DNA of 64,000 nucleotides from Candidatus Babelota bacterium (GTDB lineage Bacteria; Babelota; Babeliae; Babelales; Vermiphilaceae): positions 96,001 to 160,000 of the forward strand of contig JBMOLF010000015.1 in NCBI GenBank assembly GCA_049325595.1, in the 5' to 3' direction. The position numbers and the translations under genes are program-made. The notes beneath the pieces were generated by a model. It was not told where the DNA came from. It did no database searches and saw only the letters and a program-made list of their open reading frames with translations. Shown piece after piece: positions 20,415 to 30,115 of this stretch. Numbering within the stretch: the first letter of the stretch is position 1; each line of letters starts with the position of its first letter.

Positions 20415-21047
20415 TTGTTATTAGTGAGTTTTCCTATCATATCAAGTGAAAAAAGTCTTACCAAAATTTTAAGTAAAGATTTTAATCTCGGTAAAAAACG
20501 CGTTGAAAATCTGTTTAATGAAGCACGAATGCTTCCAACCAAAGAAAAAAGAGCATGTTTTTTAAAAGATTTCTGTATTCGGCACATTCATAAAAATATA
20601 GATCAAGCAGCACGTAATTTGCAAAATCGAGTAGTTGATATACAAAAAATTAAACAGGCAGCTAATGAAATAAAAAAAATGACAACTAGTGCCTCTGGTA
20701 TAGTAAATGAAGATGGATTAATAAATAAGAAAAAATTACTTTTGTATGCTCCTGATAATCTAGAATGTCAATTATTAGATCAAATATCTGATATTTGTTG
20801 TCCTGTTTGTTATGAATATTATGCTATCGACGTAATTGGCGGAACGGCACAAAAAATTTTTTTGGGTTGTCATCCTACTCATACCATATGCTCCAAAGAT
20901 GTGAGTTCGCTCTTTACTAAAGAGCAATGCCCTCATTGTAGACAGCGCATTAGTATAAATTCAATACGACAACAAATAAACCTGCATGATGCCTATCAAA
21001 AAAGAGATCAATTTCTAAAACTAAAGGAACAGCATGAAAAAAATTAG
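20415..21047 (+). CDS. RING-finger domain protein (possibly nonsense-disrupted at N-terminus)
   Basis: CPVC...CHPTHTICSKD...CPHCR; in-frame upstream ATG at 20391 separated by TGA at 20400. Confidence 0.75.
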   Translation: MLLVSFPIISSEKSLTKILSKDFNLGKKRVENLFNEARMLPTKEKRACFLKDFCIRHIHKNIDQAARNLQNRVVDIQKIKQAANEIKKMTTSASGIVNEDGLINKKKLLLYAPDNLECQLLDQISDICCPVCYEYYAIDVIGGTAQKIFLGCHPTHTICSKDVSSLFTKEQCPHCRQRISINSIRQQINLHDAYQKRDQFLKLKEQHEKN

Positions 21048-22221
21048 TTTGTCGATTGTATTTTTACTATCGATTGTACAATCAATGCACGCATCATGGT
21101 ACGATTTCTTTAAAGCATTACATGATATGCTTGAAAAAATTGAACAAGAAGCAAAGCCGGTTCATCAAACAACACCACTACAAAAACGGGATTTAGAATA
21201 TTATTTGCAACAATTTAGATCAGATCTTTCAGGACTTGAAGCGGCTGATATAGAGCGTATTGTTTCACTTGCACGAACTTCGCTGCTTTCACTTGGTACC
21301 ACATCTATAACAAAAGACTATCTAGATCAAGCATTACGATCGGCCTTGGTTGAGCAATCATATCAATCAGCTTATACGAAAGCAAAACAATTAGGAGCAT
21401 CAGAAAATTTTGCACAACGCTTTGCGCAATCTATCCAGGGAAATGTTATTGCTCGTTTAGAAAAAGCACAAAACATTAATGGTCTTGCGTATGTGCAATT
21501 TTTTGGTAAGGAATTAGAATATACTCTCAAAAAAGAATTAAAAGCAAATCAGCCTTCTCAGCCAGCTTATTCACCGTCATATCAAGCTCCAACAAGCCAA
21601 ACTTCATATCATTTTCCTATAGCAGAGCACATGAATATGCTCCATAAAAAATTACAAGAGCTTAATCTTTCTGAGGCTGAAGTTAATACGCTTTTGCATC
21701 GAGTTAAGAATGAACTATCTGCTCATTTTGTTACTGACAAAAATGCAATCTCACTTACTAAAAAGGCATTAAAAGAATGGTTTGACCAAGTAATACAACA
21801 AAATTGTAATGCATTACAATTTGAGGTAGTCGATCTTTATAAGCTTAAAGAAGGCTGCGAGCAAGTGCGTCGGTTGCTTAATAGTAAAGAAGGTTTAGAT
21901 TTTGATTCAGCAGTATTTGCAGTTGCCAAATTGCGTAAATTTACACCCAAAGAAGTAACTGAAACTATCTTGGACAACATTGATAAAATACGCTGCTCAA
22001 TTTGTATGGAATATTTTATTGAAGAAATGAAAACAAAAGGAACAGTACATCGCGTTGTGTTATCATGCCCATCAAAACATGCAATTTGCGCGCATGATGC
22101 TGCATGGAGTTTGCAATCGGGAGCATGTCCTGAATGTAAGGCACCAATTAATAAGAATAACTTACAGCAACAAATTAATGCGCTGCACAATGCGCCATCA
22201 GCTCCACCAATGGGCGCATAA
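21034..22221 (+). CDS. Secreted RING-finger domain protein
   Basis: Signal peptide; CSIC...CPSKHAICAHD...CPECK; C-terminal APSAPP. Confidence 0.82.
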   Translation: MKKISLSIVFLLSIVQSMHASWYDFFKALHDMLEKIEQEAKPVHQTTPLQKRDLEYYLQQFRSDLSGLEAADIERIVSLARTSLLSLGTTSITKDYLDQALRSALVEQSYQSAYTKAKQLGASENFAQRFAQSIQGNVIARLEKAQNINGLAYVQFFGKELEYTLKKELKANQPSQPAYSPSYQAPTSQTSYHFPIAEHMNMLHKKLQELNLSEAEVNTLLHRVKNELSAHFVTDKNAISLTKKALKEWFDQVIQQNCNALQFEVVDLYKLKEGCEQVRRLLNSKEGLDFDSAVFAVAKLRKFTPKEVTETILDNIDKIRCSICMEYFIEEMKTKGTVHRVVLSCPSKHAICAHDAAWSLQSGACPECKAPINKNNLQQQINALHNAPSAPPMGA

Positions 22222-22236
22222 AATTAATGAAAAATT

Positions 22237-22260
22237 AGGCCGGTTTGCCGGCCTTTTTTT
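22237..22260 (+). terminator. Intrinsic terminator
   Basis: aggccgg-tttg-ccggcct followed by T-run. Confidence 0.75.
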
Positions 22261-22323
22261 ATAATTAAATATTGTGATGTGGTAAATAAGCTTATTACCC
22301 TAAAATAAAAAGGGGATAAAAAG

Positions 22324-22614
22324 ATGAAGCACTATGCAATTATAGTAGGGTTAATTGTTATCACACCATTCTTATCTGCATCAGAAAACAAAGAAAATAC
22401 CTTAGCAAAACCACACAAAAAAAATATAAAGCTCCCATTTAATGTAGGCTTTACCAATGATTTGTATGAAAAGAAAAAAAAGTCTAAGCCGGAAGATGAT
22501 TATGCAGGGCGTATGACACCTCGTCCTCTTACTGCGCGAGAAGAATTTCAAGAGTCGCTTAAACGACTCTTGTGTTGTGTGATTTGCAAAAAAGATTACG
22601 ATGAACTGGAATAA
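22324..22614 (+). CDS. Small secreted hypothetical protein
   Basis: Signal peptide, RBS, Cys cluster LLCCVIC near C-terminus. Confidence 0.65.
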   Translation: MKHYAIIVGLIVITPFLSASENKENTLAKPHKKNIKLPFNVGFTNDLYEKKKKSKPEDDYAGRMTPRPLTAREEFQESLKRLLCCVICKKDYDELE

Positions 22615-23727
22615 TTACACATTAAATTTAATGTGTACTATATCACCATCTTGTACTAAATAATGTTGGCCTTCTACGCGAATTTTGCCCGCTTCTTTTA
22701 ATTTTGCTTCAGTACCCAATGTTACTAAATCTTTATAATTAAAAATATCAGCGCAAATAAAGCCGCGTTCCAGATCTGAATGTATTTCGCCCGCTGCTTG
22801 ACGGATGGTGATACCTTTTTTAATGGGCCATGCATGAATTTCTTTAGGTCCGCAGGTAAAGAAGGTGATAAGGCCAAGATGTTCATAAGTTTTTTTAATG
22901 ATAGTATCCAAGCTTCGTTGTTTTAACCCAACGAGCGACATTATTTCTTGTGCATCTTCATCACTCATTTGAGCAAGTTCGCCTTCAAGTTTTGCGCAAA
23001 CAGGAATTACGCGATCAGCACCAAAGTGCGCAACAAGTTTTTGATAATTTTTATTAGTCGTGTATGCGTCATTTTCAATTTCATGTTCTGCAACGTTGGC
23101 AATAATCAAGAAATTTTTTGCTGACAATAAGGGAATAGTTTTTACTGATGATTCATTAACAAGCTGCTGTACCGTTTTAACATCAGCATTATCAAGCGCT
23201 GTTTTAACTTTTTTGAGCAATTCTAGTTCAGCTTCTAATTCTTTTTTCTCAGTTGGGTTATTTTGTGCTTTTTTAAGTGAATGTTCAGCTTTTTCAATTC
23301 GTTTAATAACCGACTCTAAGTCTTTGAGCATAAGTTCAGAAACAATAATCTCATAATCAATCAGAGGATCAATTTCATTTTGAGTGGAGATAATATTAGG
23401 ATCTTCAAAGCAACGCAATACATGTAAAATTAAATTTACTTGTTGAATATGGCTTAAAAATTGGTTACCAAGGCCTTCGCCAGAAGCAGCTCCTTTAACT
23501 AAGCCTGCAATGTCTACAAAAGTTACTGAAGCAGGAATTTGTTTTTGCGAACTATATGCTTTTTGGAGTACATCCATGCGCTCATCAGGTACTTCGGTGA
23601 TCGCAATATGAGGATCGATGGTACAAAATGGATAGTTTTCAGCAGGAATACTAGATTTGGTTAAAGCATTAAAAAGGGTTGATTTGCCCACATTAGGGAG
23701 GCCAACTAAGCCAGCTTGAATACTCAT
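22615..23727 (-). CDS. ychF: Redox-regulated ATPase YchF
   Basis: GLPNVGKST, NYPFCTIDP, DIAGLVKGAS, C-terminal TGS domain. Confidence 0.97.
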   Translation of the reverse strand: MSIQAGLVGLPNVGKSTLFNALTKSSIPAENYPFCTIDPHIAITEVPDERMDVLQKAYSSQKQIPASVTFVDIAGLVKGAASGEGLGNQFLSHIQQVNLILHVLRCFEDPNIISTQNEIDPLIDYEIIVSELMLKDLESVIKRIEKAEHSLKKAQNNPTEKKELEAELELLKKVKTALDNADVKTVQQLVNESSVKTIPLLSAKNFLIIANVAEHEIENDAYTTNKNYQKLVAHFGADRVIPVCAKLEGELAQMSDEDAQEIMSLVGLKQRSLDTIIKKTYEHLGLITFFTCGPKEIHAWPIKKGITIRQAAGEIHSDLERGFICADIFNYKDLVTLGTEAKLKEAGKIRVEGQHYLVQDGDIVHIKFNV

Positions 23728-23916
23728 TGATTGATAACCTTAAATAATATGTCTTTTATGTATTATTCTAGTGTGGGACAAAAAAGGAGTTTTTTCAAAT
23801 TTTTATTCATTTATTTGGATATGAATCATCATAATCTAGAAAAATATTAATCGTTTATGTTACTATCTGTATTAGGGATAAAAATATCTTTTTAACGTTA
23901 AAAAAGGAGAGACGTT

Positions 23917-24180
23917 ATGCATTGTCATTCACCATTAGGCAAATTAGTTTGCAAATTAAGCTGGTTGTTAACTGCAATTGGTGCAATTCTATGGGGTTTA
24001 ATTCCTTTTGGTTTTGACTTTTGGAAGTCAGACTTTGTTGTTAACAATATTCCTTGGATTGTAACTCCTGCTTTATATATAGTTGGTATCGCGGGTGTTT
24101 TAAGCTTAATAGGCTTTTTTAAGCACTGTGCTGATAAGCATGCTTGTCCAGAAGAAACTGGCAGACCATACAATCGCTAA
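23917..24180 (+). CDS. Small membrane protein, DUF378-like
   Basis: AIGAILWGL...YIVGIAGV two-TM pattern; AGGAGA RBS. Confidence 0.7.
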   Translation: MHCHSPLGKLVCKLSWLLTAIGAILWGLIPFGFDFWKSDFVVNNIPWIVTPALYIVGIAGVLSLIGFFKHCADKHACPEETGRPYNR

Positions 24181-24203
24181 TTATTCTAATTAGTAAAAGA
24201 TTA

Positions 24204-24230
24204 AGGGGTGCTGATGAGGCACCCTTTTTT
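24204..24230 (+). terminator. Intrinsic terminator
   Basis: aggggtgc...gcaccct followed by T-run. Confidence 0.65.
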
Positions 24231-24352
24231 ATGACCTAAAGATGATTGAAATTAATAAAATTAACAAAAAAATAATAAAAATGATTGTATAGTTATCAAA
24301 AATCTGCCAAAATTGACAATAAGCTTAACAAATTTGGGAGATTTTTGATAAC

Positions 24353-25498
24353 ATGTTTAACAGAATTCTGAAATTACCTCTTGAAGGATCGAGTAGTATT
24401 TTCTTATTTGGGCCTCGAGGAACGGGTAAAACTTCATATATTAAAGCTATCATTCCTTCTGCTCTTTATTTTGATTTATTAGATTTTTCAACCTATAGTT
24501 CTTTTTTGGCTAATCCAGGACGTTTAGAAACACTTATACCCCCAAATTACCGTGATTGGATAGTGATTGATGAGGTTCAACGAGTGCCAGAGTTGCTTAA
24601 TGAGGTACACCGGTTAATTGAGCATAAAAAAATGAAATTTATTTTAACCGGTTCTAGTGCGCGTACTTTACGAAGAAGTGGCGTAAATCTTTTAGCTGGC
24701 CGAGCGCTTCGTTATACTATGCATCCGCTTACTATTCAAGAGATGCGCGATCAATTTGATTTGAAAAAAGCGGTTCAATATGGTCTATTGCCTGCAGCGG
24801 TAAGTCATAGTGATCCTAAACGCTATTTAGAAAGTTATGTACAAACATACATACGAGAAGAAGTTCTTCAAGAAGGACTTACCAGAAATATTGGGGCATT
24901 TACCCGCTTTTTAGAGATAGCAAGTTTTTCTCAGGGACAAGTGCTTAACGTTTCAGAAATATCCCGGGAAATGTCATTAAACAGGGTAGCAGTTGCTAAT
25001 TACTTTGATATTTTAGAAGATTTATTGTTAAGTGTTCGAATTTCAGCATTTTCGCAACGAGCTAAGCGTAAAGTTATTGCTCACCAAAAATTCTATTTTT
25101 TTGATACCGGTGTTTATAATATTTTACGGCCTATGGGACCATTAGATTCTAAAGAAGAATCTGAAGGAGCTGCCTTAGAGACTTTATTTTTCCAATCACT
25201 GAGCGCAATTAATGACTATTATAATCTTGATTACAAGATTCATTTTTGGAGAACGCAGGATGGTCAGGAAGTAGATTTTGTAATCTACGGGCCACGTGGC
25301 TTTCATGCTTTTGAAATTAAACGATCTTCTACTATTACCAGCAAATCGCTCAAAGGACTTCTTGCATTTGGAGAAGATTATCCTGAAGCAAAATTGCATA
25401 TACTATTTCTTGGAAAACAAAAAGAATACCATGGCGCTATTACTGCAATTCCTTTTGAAGAAGCACTCAGAGAATTACCCTTATTAATTGGTGGATAA
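24353..25498 (+). CDS. AAA_14 ATPase with DUF4143 domain
   Basis: GPRGTGKT, IDEVQ, LTGSS, LAGRA, KFYFFDTG, EVDF...EIK. Confidence 0.9.
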   Translation: MFNRILKLPLEGSSSIFLFGPRGTGKTSYIKAIIPSALYFDLLDFSTYSSFLANPGRLETLIPPNYRDWIVIDEVQRVPELLNEVHRLIEHKKMKFILTGSSARTLRRSGVNLLAGRALRYTMHPLTIQEMRDQFDLKKAVQYGLLPAAVSHSDPKRYLESYVQTYIREEVLQEGLTRNIGAFTRFLEIASFSQGQVLNVSEISREMSLNRVAVANYFDILEDLLLSVRISAFSQRAKRKVIAHQKFYFFDTGVYNILRPMGPLDSKEESEGAALETLFFQSLSAINDYYNLDYKIHFWRTQDGQEVDFVIYGPRGFHAFEIKRSSTITSKSLKGLLAFGEDYPEAKLHILFLGKQKEYHGAITAIPFEEALRELPLLIGG

Positions 25499-25680
25499 TA
25501 TAAGCCAAAAATGAGCAAGCTATTTATTAATTTTCTTTGTGTTAATTTTTTGTTCTTAATGTCGCCAATAAAATGTCTGCTTGAATTGATATTTTTTTGT
25601 TTTTTGTTATGCTGTGCATAAAGTAGTAGTGCCTAAAGCCAAAACAGAAAATTTCATCTACCTTAAATAAGGTTTGGCCT

Positions 25681-26199
25681 ATGAATAGCAAGCAATTTAC
25701 TTTTGTCTTTTTAATTATGATGTTGTTTTTTTGGCAATCCTATGGAATGGGGTCTTTAAAACAAGTCTTTAATAAAAAAATTGCTCAATCAAATGTATCA
25801 TTCTTTTTATCACATCCACGTATAGTTAGCACACAAGCACGACATCAACATCAAGAAAAAATAGAAAAAAAGAATCACTTGCGTGCACAAGAATTACATG
25901 AGCTTAAAAACATTACGGTGCTTAAAAACGAGCAAAAAACAAAGATAAAAAAATCTGCTTTATGGGGATTTTCATCATTTAATGGGTTAATGTACTCAGT
26001 TGGCTTTGCTTTAAACGCTGAATTGTTACAACCATTTCTTGGTAATACTTCAGACATAGTCTTAGGTGCGGCATGTTTTTCAGCATTTGCTGCGTATCAT
26101 GCACGTTCTCACGCATCACAGGCCTTATATTATAAAAAATTAAAAAAGGCTCATCAGGACGATTTGCAAAAAATTCAAGAAGAGTTAAAAGTATTTTGA
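25681..26199 (+). CDS. Secreted/membrane hypothetical protein
   Basis: Signal peptide then basic segment and two hydrophobic stretches. Confidence 0.7.
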   Translation: MNSKQFTFVFLIMMLFFWQSYGMGSLKQVFNKKIAQSNVSFFLSHPRIVSTQARHQHQEKIEKKNHLRAQELHELKNITVLKNEQKTKIKKSALWGFSSFNGLMYSVGFALNAELLQPFLGNTSDIVLGAACFSAFAAYHARSHASQALYYKKLKKAHQDDLQKIQEELKVF

Positions 26200-26227
26200 T
26201 TTGAACACTAATTCTGGAATATTAATC

Positions 26228-26719
26228 ATGAAAATAGTACATTATCTTTTTTTAGCGTTAACTGTTATTACCATTCATTCATCAGAAAATAAATATCATC
26301 AAAGTGATTATGAATATGCTTATAAAAAAGTATCACGCGAATATTTAAAACTTGCCGATTATTTTGCCAACAAAGCGATCGATGCCTATTACCAGCCCGA
26401 TATTGATATTGCCTACATCAAAGAGCTTAATAAACTTCGCTATCAATACCATTTACTTGCAATTGGCCTTGATCCAAAGCATGCTGCAAACTATAATGAG
26501 CTAGTGGAAGTTGCTTCATTGGATACGGCAATAGACTTTGAGTTGTTTACTGATACATTACATGGCAAAACATTAATTGAACACATCGCAGAAAAAACGC
26601 AATTACTCTGTAGGCATAATCAAGATGAGCTATGCGCAAATGCAAAAAAAACTCATGCAGCATTTAAGCAGTATATACAGAATGTATTTGAAAAAATAAA
26701 ACGCTATGAATCAGAATAG
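26228..26719 (+). CDS. Secreted hypothetical protein
   Basis: Signal peptide MKIVHYLFLAL...IHS. Confidence 0.7.
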   Translation: MKIVHYLFLALTVITIHSSENKYHQSDYEYAYKKVSREYLKLADYFANKAIDAYYQPDIDIAYIKELNKLRYQYHLLAIGLDPKHAANYNELVEVASLDTAIDFELFTDTLHGKTLIEHIAEKTQLLCRHNQDELCANAKKTHAAFKQYIQNVFEKIKRYESE

Positions 26720-26733
26720 CGCTACGATATTAA

Positions 26734-26762
26734 AAAGGGCCTCTTTTTTAAGAGGCCTTTTT
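26734..26762. terminator. Bidirectional terminator
   Basis: aaagggcctct...agaggccttt between convergent genes. Confidence 0.7.
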
Positions 26763-26765
26763 TTG

Positions 26766-27104
26766 TTAGTTAGTTTGATTTTCTTTTATCGCATTTTTCA
26801 AATGTTCAAGAGGATAAGCTACCAATACCTCATGCTTTTCAAAAACTACAAAACATTCTGGTCTTAAAGTGCCAAGCTTGATCGATTCTGTTTCTAAATC
26901 TGCAATGCAAGATTCAATTTCAGAATTTTCATACGGTGTATTTTTTTGTAAAATAATCGGCTTTAAAGCTATTTCACGATTATGATTAAAAGTAAAATCG
27001 TGCAATATAACTCTTTCAGTGCGATTATTAACAAAAGTTACTGCAGATGCAGAAGATATGGTTGCAAGTGTAGCCAATGCAAACAATTTAAGTGTGCATT
27101 GCAT
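26766..27104 (-). CDS. Secreted hypothetical protein
   Basis: AGGAGG RBS; signal peptide ending ASA. Confidence 0.7.
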   Translation of the reverse strand: MQCTLKLFALATLATISSASAVTFVNNRTERVILHDFTFNHNREIALKPIILQKNTPYENSEIESCIADLETESIKLGTLRPECFVVFEKHEVLVAYPLEHLKNAIKENQTN

Positions 27105-27228
27105 ATAATTAACCTCCTATAAAACGTTAAAGATACTATTAACGAGAGTATCACTGAAATAGGAAATTGCAACTAAGTCAAATTTAAACTTATTAAATTA
27201 TTTCTAATATAGGATAATTAGGATAATT

Positions 27229-27821
27229 ATGAATTCAACTACTTTAATTCTCATTCGCCATGGCCAGACAGATTGGAACTTGGCAGGTAAATTGCAAGGA
27301 CATGCAGATATTCCTTTGAATGCAAAAGGTATTGAGCAGGCCAAAAGAGTGGCACATTATCTTAAAGCAAAACAGGTACCTATTACTGCATTATATTCTT
27401 CCGATTTGCAAAGAGCTCAACAAACGGCAGTGAAATAGCAGAACTCTTTTCTTTAAAGATTGTCGTTTCAGCTGATCTGCGTGAAGGGAACTTTGGTAAG
27501 TTACAAGGACTTACCAGGCAGGAAATGACTGATAAATATGGAATGCTCAATTATAAATATTTACCAGAATTTTTAGATGTTGAGCCACGGCACCAAGTAA
27601 TTGAACGTATTAAAAACTATCTTATTGCAATAGCTCAAAAACATAAAAATGAACAAATTGTTGTAGTAACACATGGAGCAGCCATGAGCTTATTGTTAGT
27701 TTCTTTAGGATATAATTTAGAAGAATTACCACCATTAACCAATGAATCGATTGTGACTGTTTTATGGCAAAATGATCAAGAAGATGATTTTATTTTTCAA
27801 TCGATAGAGTATGTCAGCTAG
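27229..27821 (+). pseudogene. Histidine phosphatase (phosphoglycerate mutase-like), frameshifted
   Basis: RHGQTDWN and SSDLQRAQQTA in first frame; EIAELF...LREGNFG...VVTHG in shifted frame; break at ~27430. Confidence 0.85.
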
Positions 27822-27993
27822 TGCTAGAGCATAGAGTTATGTAATAATTATTATATAATTTAAAATGGCAGATAGGACTACCGCTTACAAATGAGCGCTC
27901 TTATAAGTTAAGTAATTGATAATCTGCTTATACTATTCTTTTGGTAGTAATGTTGTAATACAAAAATAGCCAACATAATCGAGGTGCTTATTC

Positions 27994-28341
27994 ATGGTTA
28001 AATATCTTATCTTGCTTGGCATAATCAGCGGTATTTCTTGGACAATGGATCAAACTACTCTTAATAAGACAAGTGATGAATATACTAAAAAACTAGGTAA
28101 ACAAATAAAGTGTTTTTTGCTCTCTCATAATACAAATATGCTTGATAACGGCACCCATTTAGAAAAGTTAATAACGACTAATAAAGATTTTGACCAAGAG
28201 ATAAATATTTTGCGTAAAAACAGCAAAACGAATTATTCATCTTTTATGTTACAAATAGATCTTAACGAATTTTGTAATCGATGGAATTTAGGGCATATTC
28301 AGCTGGGTGAAGACTCTAGCGATGGAGAAGAAGGTTCATAA
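27994..28341 (+). CDS. Secreted hypothetical protein
   Basis: GAGGTG RBS, signal peptide, acidic tail. Confidence 0.65.
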   Translation: MVKYLILLGIISGISWTMDQTTLNKTSDEYTKKLGKQIKCFLLSHNTNMLDNGTHLEKLITTNKDFDQEINILRKNSKTNYSSFMLQIDLNEFCNRWNLGHIQLGEDSSDGEEGS

Positions 28342-28376
28342 AAGAGCTCTTGATTTTAATCATCAAGAGCTCTTTT
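28341..28376. terminator. Bidirectional terminator
   Basis: aagagctcttgat...atcaagagctctt long inverted repeat between convergent genes. Confidence 0.75.
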
Positions 28377-28382
28377 ATGATT

Positions 28383-28868
28383 TTAATTAAATTTGTTTTC
28401 TTCTACTTGTATAATCTCCTGTTCAATCGCATTTAATGTTTTATTTAATTCAGGAAATTCTTCTTGTGATGCATAAATGTTACAGCGCACATGATTCATA
28501 AAATCAAGAATTTCAGTATGCTTTGCAGGATTATTGTGAATATAGCTTTTAAGCCATGCAATAGTTCCTGATGTATTAAGCATAATTGCTACCGGATACA
28601 TTTCTGATTCATTATCGGTACTTATTTGCTCAACAATTAAACCAGCAGTTTTTTGATTAGATAATAAGAGCTGCCATGTATGATTAGTTTGCATTAGTTT
28701 AGAAATTTTTTTCTCTAAACGAATAGGATGATACGCAACCTTTTTTGTTATAGTATGAAGCTGGTTAATGTAGTCTTGATTTACTACCAAATTTTGTCGC
28801 CCCGGATGCTGCTCCATAGCATTTGTTGCTAAAGTAGTAAGTACTATAGTTATTATTTGAATTTTCAT
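28383..28868 (-). CDS. Secreted hypothetical protein
   Basis: Signal peptide ending TNA-MEQ. Confidence 0.65.
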   Translation of the reverse strand: MKIQIITIVLTTLATNAMEQHPGRQNLVVNQDYINQLHTITKKVAYHPIRLEKKISKLMQTNHTWQLLLSNQKTAGLIVEQISTDNESEMYPVAIMLNTSGTIAWLKSYIHNNPAKHTEILDFMNHVRCNIYASQEEFPELNKTLNAIEQEIIQVEENKFN

Positions 28869-28880
28869 AATTCTCAACTT

Positions 28881-29141
28881 TTAAAAATTTTTATGGAATG
28901 AAGAACGAGTCAATTTTTGATGCGTGCTAGTTATTTGCTTTTCTTTGAGTGGGCTTTGAATTTTAGAAATGTCTGATGAAAGTTGCTCGTTAAGTAACGG
29001 CTGTTTAAAGCCTGTTAGCGCTTGGTGATAGAGTAACTGGAGAAAAAAGTTCGCCTTTGTGTGCTCAAAATTTTTATCCATGCCCCATAAAGCTGGTGTA
29101 ATGAATAATACTCCTGCCGCAAAAATAATATTTTTTTTCAT
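28881..29141 (-). CDS. Small secreted hypothetical protein
   Basis: AGGGG RBS; signal peptide ending LWG-MDK. Confidence 0.6.
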   Translation of the reverse strand: MKKNIIFAAGVLFITPALWGMDKNFEHTKANFFLQLLYHQALTGFKQPLLNEQLSSDISKIQSPLKEKQITSTHQKLTRSSFHKNF

Positions 29142-29337
29142 GAAAAGCCCCTATGAGTTGTTTTTTATGTGTGCTGCTACTGTTTTACCAGAATTAAAAA
29201 AAATGAGAACAGGTCGATTAAAAAATGTTTAAAAAAATTAATTGGTAACAACAGGAATAAACAAAGACTTTTTTATTTTCAGTTAATCAATGACCGTCTG
29301 CCCAGTAATGCCAACTTAATATTTCAAAACAAAATAT

Positions 29338-29988
29338 CTATTTTAAAATATGAGTATAATTAGGAATTTTTACTACATAACCAACATATGGGCCTTCTAA
29401 ATCAGTTGGTTGATCACCCACACATGCAACAATATCATATCCTTGGGATACTAACTGTGCTCGCTGGGATGATTTGTATTGAATGGCTTTTAAATGCTTT
29501 TCATTATGTGATTTGCAAATTAAACGATCAAATTTAACATATCCATGCAATGCAAGATTTTGTATGGTTGCATCATATAATTCTTCGCTTCTGCTTGTTA
29601 GAAAGAATATATGATAGTTATTGTTAGCACAGTAATCATACAATTGCTTTACTGCTACAATAGTTGGCGCATTTGCGCGAGTAACAAATTCATTAAATAA
29701 ACGATCTCCGCAATAATCACAAAAATCTAACGTTTTTAAATGGTAAAAAGCTAATAATATCGTATCGTCAACATCAAAAATAATAGACTTTGAATCGCTG
29801 AAATTATCTTTGTTAGATTCTAAATAATCAATAGCTTGATCTATAATTTGTTTGCATTCTTGTTCAAAGGCGCCAGATTCATAATGTTCAATTACCTGGT
29901 CCTTTGCTATGCGTAGATTAAGGGGTTGTGCAATGGTGAAGGGTGTAAAGAAAACAGAATAGATTAAATAAAACGCTAATTTTTTCAT
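29338..29988 (-). CDS. HAD-superfamily class B-like acid phosphatase, secreted
   Basis: IIFDVDDT, LTSR, YKS, VGDQPTDL, KIPN motifs; signal peptide. Confidence 0.88.
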   Translation of the reverse strand: MKKLAFYLIYSVFFTPFTIAQPLNLRIAKDQVIEHYESGAFEQECKQIIDQAIDYLESNKDNFSDSKSIIFDVDDTILLAFYHLKTLDFCDYCGDRLFNEFVTRANAPTIVAVKQLYDYCANNNYHIFFLTSRSEELYDATIQNLALHGYVKFDRLICKSHNEKHLKAIQYKSSQRAQLVSQGYDIVACVGDQPTDLEGPYVGYVVKIPNYTHILK

Positions 29989-30115
29989 AATAAGCCCTCA
30001 TTTTTTAATGCATTGGGTAAATAAGAACCTATGATAAATATAATAACATTCTTAAGCAAAAAAAATAAGGGAACTGGTCAAAAGCTCCCTATGATCGAAT
30101 TGATAATTGGACTAT

